The notes under the pieces were generated by a model, which saw only the letters and a program-made list of their open reading frames with translations, ran no database searches and was not told the origin of the DNA. DNA of 63,432 nt from Anaerolineae bacterium (GTDB lineage Bacteria > Chloroflexota > Anaerolineae > DTLA01). The stretch lies in contig DAOTVT010000123.1 of assembly GCA_034436295.1 (NCBI GenBank), positions 1-63,432 on the forward strand. The letters run 5' to 3'. How positions within the stretch are numbered: position 1 is the stretch's first letter; each line of letters starts with the position of its first letter. Position numbers and translations under genes: made by a program. Shown one piece after another: positions 48,091-56,097 of the stretch.

Positions 48091-49116
48091 CTACGGTGTA
48101 ACCACCACTTTGATGCCTTCGCCCGCGCGCAGGGCGGCAATGCCATCCAAGATGCGCGCCAGGGGCAGGGTGTGCGTCGTCAGGGCCGAGGGCTTCACTA
48201 CGCCGCTCTCCAGCATGCGAATCGCCTTGGGGAACGTGTTGATGCCGATGTACGTGCCCATGACCGTCAGTTCCTTGCGCGTGATGTCAAACTGGTGCAC
48301 CTGCGGGTAAGCCTTCTGGTTCATGCCGAACAACACGATCTTGCCGCCCACCGCCGCCTGCTCTATCGCCTGCGGCAGCAGCGAACCGACCGCATCCACG
48401 ACCACGTCCACCCCGCGCCCGTCCGTCGCCTCGCGGGTAACGGCGACGGGATCCTGCTCCTTCACGTTCACCACCACGTCGGCGCCGAGTTTTCGCGCGT
48501 AGTCCAGGCGATAGGGCGCGATGTCAGTCATGATGATCTTGCCGGCGCCCGCCGCCTTGAACACCAACTCAAACATGAGGCCCACCGGCCCCGCCCCCAG
48601 GATGGCGACCGTCTCCCCCGGCTGCAGCCGCACCTTCTCCGTGCCCCCGACGACGCAGGACAGGAGTTCCACGTACACCGCCTCCTGCGGCGGCAACGTC
48701 GGCGCAACCTTGAACAGCGCCCGCTCCGGCGCGACGTTGTAGCGGGCAAATCCGCCGTCCAGGTAGATTCCCAGGGTTGTGAAGTGCTCGCACTGATTGG
48801 GCCGCCCGCTGGTGCACGGCCCGCAGATTCCACAGTACAGGTTGGGGGCCACCACCACGCGGTCGCCCGGCTGCACCGTGGAGACCGCGCTGCCCGTCTC
48901 CAGTACCCGCCCCACATACTCGTGTCCCAGGATGGCGCCGGGCGTCGCGGGGTGTCCGGGCGGCACTTCCAGGATGTGCAAGTCGGTGCCGCAGACCCCC
49001 GCCGCTTCCACCTCCAGCAGCACGTCGTCGGGACTCGTTACCTTCGGCACCGGAACTTCCCGCAGGCTGAGTTTGCCCTGGCCTTCAAACACGGCCGCCA
49101 ACATGGTCTTTTCCAT
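48091..49116 (-). CDS. Zinc-dependent alcohol/polyol dehydrogenase (MDR family)
   Basis: GVCGTDLH, GHE and GAGPVG motifs. Trimmed to the ATG at 49116 (GGAGG upstream). Confidence 0.9.
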   Translation of the reverse strand: MEKTMLAAVFEGQGKLSLREVPVPKVTSPDDVLLEVEAAGVCGTDLHILEVPPGHPATPGAILGHEYVGRVLETGSAVSTVQPGDRVVVAPNLYCGICGPCTSGRPNQCEHFTTLGIYLDGGFARYNVAPERALFKVAPTLPPQEAVYVELLSCVVGGTEKVRLQPGETVAILGAGPVGLMFELVFKAAGAGKIIMTDIAPYRLDYARKLGADVVVNVKEQDPVAVTREATDGRGVDVVVDAVGSLLPQAIEQAAVGGKIVLFGMNQKAYPQVHQFDITRKELTVMGTYIGINTFPKAIRMLESGVVKPSALTTHTLPLARILDGIAALRAGEGIKVVVTP

Positions 49117-49132
49117 ACGATTCGCACCTCCT

Positions 49133-49873
49133 TCAGATGCGCAGAACCAGACCGTCCTGCGCCACGGTGATTGGGCCCGAATAGACCTTCGCCGCGACAG
49201 CCGCCACGTCCACGCGGTCGCACGGCGGATAGAAATGGGTGAGAACGAGATGCTTGACCCGCGCCTCCTCGGCCAGCGTGCCGGCGCTGGTCGGCGTGAG
49301 ATGGTACGGTTCGGCCGACTCGTCGGGGAACGAGCATTCGGCGATGAGCAAGTCGGCCTCGCGTGCGAACGAGACGAGATGCTCCCCTGGGCTGGCGTCG
49401 CCCGTGTACACAAGCGTCTTGCCCTCCGCGCGCAAGCGGAACGCCAGCGATTCGGGCGTGTGGCCCGACGGCGCGGCGTCAACCGTCCAGCCGGGGCCTG
49501 CAAACCCTCCGCGCGTTATGTCCACTTCGCGGAGGTCGTACAGAGACGGCCGCGCCCAGGGGTTCAAATCCACCATTGCGCGCATCCAGCCCAGAAACGC
49601 CGGCGACGCGATCACGTGCAGCGGCCGCGTCCGGCGCATCAGCGCGAAGGCCTGGAGCATGGGAATCAGGTCGGCGCAGTGGTCCGAATGCGAATGCGTG
49701 AACAGGGCGTACTCCAATGCGCCCACGTCCACCCCGGCCCGCAGCAGCCGGTGCAGCGTGCCCGAGCCTGCGTCAAACAGGAGCGGGCATTCGCCCATGC
49801 GCACCAGCAGGCCAGGCGGAAAACGCCGCGGGTTCGGATACCCCGTCCCCGACCCCAGCACGATGATCTCCAT
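49133..49873 (-). CDS. MBL-fold metallo-hydrolase
   Basis: HSHSDH (HxHxDH) motif, 246 aa. Confidence 0.85.
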   Translation of the reverse strand: MEIIVLGSGTGYPNPRRFPPGLLVRMGECPLLFDAGSGTLHRLLRAGVDVGALEYALFTHSHSDHCADLIPMLQAFALMRRTRPLHVIASPAFLGWMRAMVDLNPWARPSLYDLREVDITRGGFAGPGWTVDAAPSGHTPESLAFRLRAEGKTLVYTGDASPGEHLVSFAREADLLIAECSFPDESAEPYHLTPTSAGTLAEEARVKHLVLTHFYPPCDRVDVAAVAAKVYSGPITVAQDGLVLRI

Positions 49874-49932
49874 GCAGCCCTCGCCGAAAAGAACGAGCCT
49901 GGGCGGCCCCGCAGGAACCGCCCAGGGTCTCG

Positions 49933-51084
49933 CTAGATGCGCACCATGACCTTGCCGTCCTGGCGGCTCGTGGACTGCCGAATGGCGTCCACAACGCTCG
50001 CCAGGTCGTAGCGCGCCGTGATGATCTGCGTCATGTCTATCAGCCCCGACGCCATCAGTCGGATGACGTTCGGGAACGTGCCGTTGCCCGAATGCCCCTG
50101 CGCGCCGAAGACCTGCGCGTGGTGGGTCTGGAAATGCTCCAGGTACATCGGGACTCGCTCGGCGGCGCGCCCAATCTGGACGATGCGGGCGTTGACGGCC
50201 ATAGAGGCTTCCATCTCCGGTATGGTCTTGGAGGGCGCGCCAGCCGCTTCCACGTGCATGTCGGCCCCCTCGCCGCCCGTGAGTTCCATCACCACCTCGC
50301 TGGGCTTGACCGCCCGCGGGTCGTACACGTAGTCGGCGCCGACCTTCTTGGCCAGTTCGCGGCGGGCCTCCGAGACCTCAAAGGCGATAACCTTCGCCGC
50401 GCCCGCCGCCTTGCACAGGGCAATGGAAGCCAGGCCGATAGGCCCCGCGCCGTACACGGCCACATAGGCCCCGGGCTTGAAGCCGCCCGCCCGCGCAAAG
50501 ATGCCGTTGTACGCCACCGAGGTAGGCTCTACCAGCGCCCCGGCTTCAAAGATCTTGTCGTCATCGTACCGCTCGCGCAGAGCGTTCAGTTTCCAGCAGT
50601 ACTTCGCCCCAACCGCGATGTACTCGGCGAACGCCCCGTCAATGGTGAACCCGATCTCCTCCAGGTTCTTGCACTGGTTGGGATAGCCATCCCGACACGG
50701 TCGGCAGTGCCCGCACCAGATCATCTCCTCGGCGGTAACGAAATCGCCCTTGACGAAGTCCTTGACGGCGCTGCCCACTTCCACGATCTCGCCCGAGAAC
50801 TCGTGGCCGAGGATGCTGGGGAACTTGGTCAGGCCCGGATACAGGATATAGTTGTCCGCATCGGTCTCGTAGAAGTGCATGTCGGACCCGCACACGCCGC
50901 ACGCCCGCACGCGGATGAGCACCTGGTCGGGCTTGATCTGGGGCTTCGGGACTTCCTTTACAGCGAGTTTCGGGTTGCGCCACACGGCGTTGCCGGTGAT
51001 CGCCTTCCCTGTTGCCTTCTCAAACTCGGATAGCGGATACCCTGGCCGGGGTTGCCAGTCTGCAGTAAGCACGAGTCCCTTCAT
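49933..51084 (-). CDS. Zinc-dependent dehydrogenase with N-terminal extension (resembles scyllo-inosose 3-dehydrogenase IolM-type)
   Basis: ACGVCGSDMHFYE, GHEFSG and GAGPIG motifs. AAGGAGG upstream. The IolM-like assignment is from memory only. Confidence 0.8.
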   Translation of the reverse strand: MKGLVLTADWQPRPGYPLSEFEKATGKAITGNAVWRNPKLAVKEVPKPQIKPDQVLIRVRACGVCGSDMHFYETDADNYILYPGLTKFPSILGHEFSGEIVEVGSAVKDFVKGDFVTAEEMIWCGHCRPCRDGYPNQCKNLEEIGFTIDGAFAEYIAVGAKYCWKLNALRERYDDDKIFEAGALVEPTSVAYNGIFARAGGFKPGAYVAVYGAGPIGLASIALCKAAGAAKVIAFEVSEARRELAKKVGADYVYDPRAVKPSEVVMELTGGEGADMHVEAAGAPSKTIPEMEASMAVNARIVQIGRAAERVPMYLEHFQTHHAQVFGAQGHSGNGTFPNVIRLMASGLIDMTQIITARYDLASVVDAIRQSTSRQDGKVMVRI

Positions 51085-51148
51085 CTTGAACCATCCTCCT
51101 TGTTGGTTTGGAATCCAGCACAGACGGGCCTACGCAACGCTCATGCGC

Positions 51149-51162
51149 TGCACACGTTTGCA
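51149..51162. promoter_or_regulatory. LacI/GalR-type operator-like near-palindrome TGCACACGTTTGCA
   Basis: 12 of 14 positions are symmetric. 5 nt downstream of the -10. Confidence 0.55.
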
Positions 51163-51167
51163 TTGAG

Positions 51168-51196
51168 ATTATAGCACGGGCCTGCCCATTTGTCAA
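51168..51196 (-). promoter_or_regulatory. Consensus promoter TTGACA-17-TATAAT for the dehydrogenase-led operon
   Basis: Perfect hexamers, same architecture as 44122..44150. Confidence 0.6.
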
Positions 51197-51210
51197 AAAA
51201 ATCACTTGCC

Positions 51211-51248
51211 CAACAAAAACAGGCGAGGACGCGATCTCCTCGCCTGTT
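51211..51248 (-). terminator. Intrinsic terminator
   Basis: 12-bp stem AACAGGCGAGGA/TCCTCGCCTGTT, followed by TTTGTTGGG on the minus strand. Confidence 0.65.
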
Positions 51249-51273
51249 GAACCGACCTGACGTGTCGCGCGGG

Positions 51274-51483
51274 CTAATCGGCCCTGGCCCCTCCGACTGC
51301 CACCAGCATCTCGGCGACCGCCAACAGGAGCGCCAGCCCCACCAGAAGCGCGCGCCCCGGCCCACCTACCGTGCGATACGGCTCAAACCGCTGGGCGAGC
51401 AACAGCGCCGCCCCAACCTGCGCCATGCCGAAAACCGCCGTGAGCGCCAAAGTCCGGAGGGATGTCGTGTGCCACGTTCTCAT
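51274..51483 (-). CDS. Small hypothetical membrane protein (69 aa)
   Basis: GGAGG 6 nt upstream of the ATG. Two hydrophobic segments. Followed by a strong terminator at 51211..51248. Confidence 0.4.
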   Translation of the reverse strand: MRTWHTTSLRTLALTAVFGMAQVGAALLLAQRFEPYRTVGGPGRALLVGLALLLAVAEMLVAVGGARAD

Positions 51484-51591
51484 GGAAAACCTCCATCGCC
51501 GTATCTACAACCATAAACGCCGCACAACGGCTTGGAGTTCCGGCCCCGGCACAGGAGTTCACAAAGTTTTCACCGCGGGGAAACCCGGCGC

Positions 51592-51616
51592 AAGAAAAAG
51601 CGCCCTTTCGGGCGCT
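51592..51616 (-). terminator. Intrinsic terminator after the 147-aa hypothetical gene
   Basis: Stem AGCGCCC/GGGCGCT with a GAAA loop (minus strand), followed by TTTTTCTT. Confidence 0.55.
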
Positions 51617-51630
51617 GTGGAAACGCTTGG

Positions 51631-52074
51631 CTACTTGTTGGCCCGTCCCTTGGACGGAATGACGGGCTTGATTCCCATGTAGATTTGCTTGCCGGCGAGC
51701 GTCGCCAGGATGGCCTCCGGCGTCCTCCTGCCGATAATCTTGTGGAGTTCCACCGGCGTGAGCGGCGTGTTGTCGTTGGCCAGGAAGATGCGGAAGGCCG
51801 CTTCGGCCAGGGGCGTGTACTCGGTGATGTAGGTCGGCTTCTGGCTGCAACAGGTGCGCAGGCTGTGCCACAAGCCGTCCACGCGGGTGATCTCCGCCGT
51901 GTCCGGGTCAATCCAATCTATCTCCCCCACGGACCCCAGCGGCGGATATTTCTGCCGGCAGTCGTCGCACAGGCGACTGTGCAGGACAACCCGGAAGTTG
52001 GAGCCCTTCTCGGTCCACCAATCAAAATCTATGTGGAACTTGGTTTCCAGCGTAGGCTTCACCCAAGGGGTCAT
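51631..52074 (-). CDS. Hypothetical protein (147 aa, CxxC plus CC cysteines)
   Basis: Balanced composition. ATG 11 nt after the upstream stop. Own terminator at 51592..51616. No family recognised. Confidence 0.65.
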   Translation of the reverse strand: MTPWVKPTLETKFHIDFDWWTEKGSNFRVVLHSRLCDDCRQKYPPLGSVGEIDWIDPDTAEITRVDGLWHSLRTCCSQKPTYITEYTPLAEAAFRIFLANDNTPLTPVELHKIIGRRTPEAILATLAGKQIYMGIKPVIPSKGRANK

Positions 52075-52085
52075 GCTACCGCTCC

Positions 52086-53678
52086 CTAGCGCATACGGAT
52101 TTTGGTCGGGTCAAAGGCCCAGTAGCCATTGCCCTCGTCCACAAAACACGGGTTCACCGACAACTCGTAGAAGATCGGCCCAGGCGGGCAGCGGCGGATG
52201 AGGTTGAACGCCGCGTACACGGTCTTTGCGTGCACGCGCGGGCCCAGTTTCGCCAGTTCGGGGAACAGTTCCAGCAAGATGTCCAGCACCGGCCGCCCCC
52301 GTTCCTGCTCCGCGATCCACAGTTCATTCAAGGCCGGCGACTCCTCTTCGGCCACCAGCATGGCCTCGTCGTACTCGCAACTGATGGGGTATTTCGTCAT
52401 CTGGAACGTCAGTTTGCCGGCGTCGGCGCGGGCCACCCGCACCCACTCTCGCCTCATGCGGCGCGGCTCAAAGTCCACGATGATCTCCGAGGGGCTGCCG
52501 GTCTTCTGCAACGAGATGAGCGCGCCCGCCGGAATCTCGTTCTGCAGGTACCAGTCGCGCAGGCCGAACACGTACCCGCCCGCCGGCACAACCCAGCCGT
52601 TCATCGCCTCCCCGTTCTGGCCGTTGACCAGCCGCACAGGCACAATGGCGCCAGGCCCGTCGGGGAAGAACCCCCGCGTGCGCGGCGTCAGCGGCAGCGT
52701 GCCCGCCTTTCGGTGCGGCGCAATCAGCACAAACGAGACCTTATCCCCCGGCTTGCGCTTCTCCGCAGGGCCGGCCGAAAGGTCGCTGGCCTCGTCGTCA
52801 ATCTCGCCCTCAACCTGATGCAAGACCGCGCTGATGTTCTTGCGGTTGAAGGCGATGGGCGTGTACGCCAGCCACACGGGCGTGCTCAGAACCTCGGGCG
52901 GGAGAAGCCGCCGCAGATACCACGCCGGCTCCTTGGCCGTGCCCAGGTTCATGAACCGCTCGTCGGCCCGAAGCGCCACATCCAGCGCAAACCGTCGGAT
53001 GTCGGCGGGTATCTCCGCGGGTAGGCCCAGTTCCTTGAGAATCTCATCGGAACTCACAGGCCGATTGTTGAGTTCAATCATCGCCTCGGCCAGATTCAGG
53101 TATCCGATGTGAATATCGGGCATCAGTTCGCGCAGAAACCAATGCCCGTCCAACTGGACGAAGCCGAGCGCGGCAGATTGCGCGAGTTTGTCGGTGATCG
53201 CGCTCTCCAGGGCGGCCTTATGTTCCTGGTAAATCTGCTTCGGCGACGAGCCTTGGAGGAGTTGCGCGATGTCCGTGTTCAACTTGTGGGGAAAATCCAA
53301 CTCCGACGGGAACTCGCGGACTTTGCCCTCGCCTTCTATCTCAACCTGCATGACCTTGAAGGGCGGGTAGGCCGGGTTCACGCCATCCCGAATGCCGACC
53401 ACCTTCCCGACGGCGAAATCCAACGCGGGGAAGACGAGCGTCTGCCCCACGCTGTAGGACTTCTTCGGCTGATACGCCTCTCCGCGGGCGAGCCTCGCCT
53501 GGACCGCCTTGGTCTGCATCGCCAGGCGCTGGCCCACCAGCGCGAGCGCCAGGTCCTTCGTCGCGCAGGGTTTGCCCTGCTGGTGGAGCCACTCGTACAG
53601 GAACGCGACATCATCATCCGTGATGAGGAAATCTTTCGTCCATTCGGCAGACTGATCCGGTTTCTGACGAACCAACAT
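52086..53678 (-). CDS. Hypothetical protein (530 aa)
   Basis: GGAGG upstream of the ATG. Promoter at 53714..53741. Balanced composition. N-terminus could be winged-helix-like (speculative). No family recognised. Confidence 0.7.
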   Translation of the reverse strand: MLVRQKPDQSAEWTKDFLITDDDVAFLYEWLHQQGKPCATKDLALALVGQRLAMQTKAVQARLARGEAYQPKKSYSVGQTLVFPALDFAVGKVVGIRDGVNPAYPPFKVMQVEIEGEGKVREFPSELDFPHKLNTDIAQLLQGSSPKQIYQEHKAALESAITDKLAQSAALGFVQLDGHWFLRELMPDIHIGYLNLAEAMIELNNRPVSSDEILKELGLPAEIPADIRRFALDVALRADERFMNLGTAKEPAWYLRRLLPPEVLSTPVWLAYTPIAFNRKNISAVLHQVEGEIDDEASDLSAGPAEKRKPGDKVSFVLIAPHRKAGTLPLTPRTRGFFPDGPGAIVPVRLVNGQNGEAMNGWVVPAGGYVFGLRDWYLQNEIPAGALISLQKTGSPSEIIVDFEPRRMRREWVRVARADAGKLTFQMTKYPISCEYDEAMLVAEEESPALNELWIAEQERGRPVLDILLELFPELAKLGPRVHAKTVYAAFNLIRRCPPGPIFYELSVNPCFVDEGNGYWAFDPTKIRMR

Positions 53679-53713
53679 GAACCTCCGTTGCAGATGCTAC
53701 ACGACTCCAAAAG

Positions 53714-53741
53714 ATTATATTCTGATTGCGTAAAATGACAA
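53714..53741 (-). promoter_or_regulatory. Promoter-like TTGTCA-16-TATAAT for the 530-aa hypothetical gene
   Basis: Hexamers read from the sequence, in an A/T-rich spacer. Confidence 0.45.
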
Positions 53742-53780
53742 GTTGCGCTCAAGGGCGGTGGTGTATACATCTCGGTAGAA

Positions 53781-53795
53781 ATTGGTCAGACCAAT
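53781..53795. promoter_or_regulatory. Perfect 7-1-7 palindrome ATTGGTCAGACCAAT flanked by two TGTATACA palindromes
   Basis: TGTATACA at 53762..53769 and 53812..53819. About 40 nt upstream of the -35. Confidence 0.35.
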
Positions 53796-53820
53796 CGGCA
53801 GCAACATGAAATGTATACAG

Positions 53821-54399
53821 CGTAGGGCCAGGTTTCCATACCTGCTCCCTGCTTCCGGCGGCTATGGAAAGCCGCCCTACGCGTTTTGGCGTGGCGCCAC
53901 CAGCCTATTGCGAGCGTAGGGCAGGTCTCCATACCTGCCCTCTGCTTCCGGCGGCTATGGAAAGCCGCCCTACGTGTTTTGGCGTGGCGCCACCAGCCTA
54001 TTGCGAGCGTAGGGCAGGTCTCCATTCCTGCCCTCTGCTTCCGGCGGCTATGGAAAGCCGCCCCACGTGTTTTGGCGTGGCGCCACCAGCCTATTGCGAG
54101 CGTAGGGCTGGTTTCCATACCTGCCCCCTGCTCCCGGCGGCTATGGAAAGCCACCCTACGTGTTTTGGCGTGGCGCCACCAGCCTATTGCGAGCGTGGGG
54201 CCAGGTTTCCATACCTGCCCCCTGCTCCCGGCGGCTATGGAAAGCCACCTACGTGTTTTGGCGTGGCGCCACCAGCCTATTGCGAGCGTGGGGCAGGTCT
54301 CCATTCCTGCCCTCTGCTTCCGGCGGCTATGGAAAGCCGCCCTACGTGTTTTGGCGTTGCGCCACCAGCCTATTGCGAGCGTAGGGCCAGGTTCCCATA
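53821..54399. repeat. 6.3 x 93-bp tandem array, each unit built from three palindromic modules
   Basis: Units start at 53821, 53915, 54008, 54101, 54194, 54287 and 54380. Each has GTAGGGCAGGT-CTCCAT-ACCTGCCC, GGCGGCT-ATGGAAA-GCCGCC(CTAC) and GTGGCGCCAC. Confidence 0.9.
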
Positions 54400-54460
54400 T
54401 GGTGCCACCGACAAACTTCGGAACCGAGCCTCAAGGGCGTCGACAAATGGGTGGGAAGGT

Positions 54461-54489
54461 TTGCTACCCCGCGCCGCTTGTAGTATACT
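54461..54489 (+). promoter_or_regulatory. Promoter-like TTGCTA-17-TATACT for the sugar transferase gene
   Basis: Lies between the 93-bp array and the ATG at 54539. Confidence 0.4.
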
Positions 54490-54538
54490 TTCGCGCGATT
54501 ACCCGCAGTCTTGCAGGTACAGGCTCGGAGTCTGGTCC

Positions 54539-55957
54539 ATGCTGCAAAGGGCTTCTTTCCGCTACACGCTTGCGCTGTATGTTCTGGACATGGTCGCCAC
54601 ATTTGGCTCCCTGTATGCCGCCCTGCTGGCACGGCGCGCGTGGCCCCTGGGAAAACCCTTTATGGAGCAGTACGGCGGCCTCCGCCCCGCCATTTTCGCG
54701 ATCGCGTTTGTCGCGTGGACCCTGGCCTTGATGGTTTCGGGAGCCTACGACCCCCGCCGCATCCTGCGCACCGAACGGGAGATCACGCGCGTGCTGGGCG
54801 CCGTCGCCATCGCATCCCTCCTCTTCGCCGGCGCGCTTTACTTCTCATACCGGTCTGTGTCTCGCCTGCTTGTGGTCTATTTCATTCTGCTGGACTCCGT
54901 CGCGCTCATCACCATTCGGCTGCTGCTCCGCATCGTATGGCGGAACTTCGGCGTGCGACGGCTTCCCGCGTCACGGATCCTCATCATCGGGGCGGGCGCC
55001 CTGGGCCAGGACATCGCCAACTCGTTCCTCCAGCACCAGTGGATGGGGCTGGAAACCGTGGGCTTCCTGGACGACGATCCGGCCAAGCAGGGCGTACGCA
55101 TCGGCGGCGTGCCGGTGCTGGGCACGCTTCAGGACGCCCCAAGAGTCGTCGCCGAGAATCGCATCACGGATGTGGTGTTCGCGCTGCCGTTGCGCGCGCA
55201 CCGGGAGATGGCCAACCTCGTCGCGCGTTTGGAGGAACTCCCCGTCAACATCAAGGTGGCGCCCGACCTGGGGCCGCTGGTCTTCTACCGCACCACGGTA
55301 GAAACCTTCGGCGACATTCCTCTCATCGGACTCAAGGAGCCGGTCATCCGCCCCCACCAACGCGTGCTGAAGCGCATGATGGACATCGGCATCTCGGCGG
55401 TGGCGCTCGTGGTCTCGGCCCCGATATGGCCGGCCATCGCGCTGGCGATCAAACTGGATTCGCCGGGGCCGGTCATTTTCCGCCAGCAGCGCGTGGGCGA
55501 GGGCGGCAAACTGTTCACCATGTACAAGTTTCGCACCATGCACGTCGGCGCCGAGAAGTTGGAAAGAACGCTCGTGGAAAGTGCCCTCGCCCAAGGGGAG
55601 CGGCTTTTCAAATCCCCCGATGACCCTCGCGTAACCCGCGTGGGGCGGTTCCTGCGGCGCACGAGCCTGGACGAGTTGCCACAGTTGTGGAACGTGCTGA
55701 AGGGCGACATGAGCCTGGTGGGCCCCAGGCCCGAGTTGCCCGCCTTCGTGGAACGCTACGAACCCTGGCAGCGCAAGCGGTTTGGCGTGCCCCAGGGCCT
55801 CACGGGCTGGTGGCAGGTGCATGGCCGCAGCGACAAGCCCATGTACTGGCACACCGAGGACGACCTCTACTACATCCAGAACTACTCGCTCCTGCTGGAT
55901 CTCAGAATCCTGCTCCTGACGGCGCTGTCGGTGATCCGCGGCAGGGGCGCGTACTAG
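54539..55957 (+). CDS. Exopolysaccharide-type polyprenyl glycosylphosphotransferase (WbaP/WcaJ-like sugar transferase)
   Basis: N-terminal TM segments, Rossmann-like RILIIGAGALG, C-terminal bacterial sugar transferase domain (KR..D......L......P...IA..IKLDS.GPV.F.Q.R.G..G..F...KFRTM). Start set at the ATG at 54539, downstream of promoter 54461..54489. Confidence 0.85.
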   Translation: MLQRASFRYTLALYVLDMVATFGSLYAALLARRAWPLGKPFMEQYGGLRPAIFAIAFVAWTLALMVSGAYDPRRILRTEREITRVLGAVAIASLLFAGALYFSYRSVSRLLVVYFILLDSVALITIRLLLRIVWRNFGVRRLPASRILIIGAGALGQDIANSFLQHQWMGLETVGFLDDDPAKQGVRIGGVPVLGTLQDAPRVVAENRITDVVFALPLRAHREMANLVARLEELPVNIKVAPDLGPLVFYRTTVETFGDIPLIGLKEPVIRPHQRVLKRMMDIGISAVALVVSAPIWPAIALAIKLDSPGPVIFRQQRVGEGGKLFTMYKFRTMHVGAEKLERTLVESALAQGERLFKSPDDPRVTRVGRFLRRTSLDELPQLWNVLKGDMSLVGPRPELPAFVERYEPWQRKRFGVPQGLTGWWQVHGRSDKPMYWHTEDDLYYIQNYSLLLDLRILLLTALSVIRGRGAY

Positions 55958-56097
55958 GCCCGCACCGCTCGTAGGACACCCCCGCGCTAGCGTTCACGGC
56001 ACCTTTACTCCCGCTGGTACTATTTTCCCATTCCCGCCTCCTCCTATATCCCCTATACTGGGCGTAGAGTCAATACTCGGTAGGAGGCTAGGCATCC

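Noticed and set aside
53821-54399. Possible CRISPR array (also considered for 30299..30393).
   Set aside because: At 53821 the entire 93-bp unit repeats, so there are no unique spacers. At 30299 the three 24-bp repeats have spacings of 42 and 29 bp, leaving only 18-bp and 5-bp gaps. No cas genes are present.
53864-54538. The 697-aa ORF runs through the 93-bp array in frame with the sugar transferase. The unit is 31 codons, which would give a repeated MESRPTCFGVAPPAYCERRAG... peptide.
   Set aside because: Several frames on both strands are open here, as expected for GC-rich DNA. The peptide is Cys/Pro/Arg-rich. The same modules occur in both orientations in clearly non-coding spacers. A promoter (54461..54489) and a normal TM-containing N-terminus follow at the ATG at 54539.
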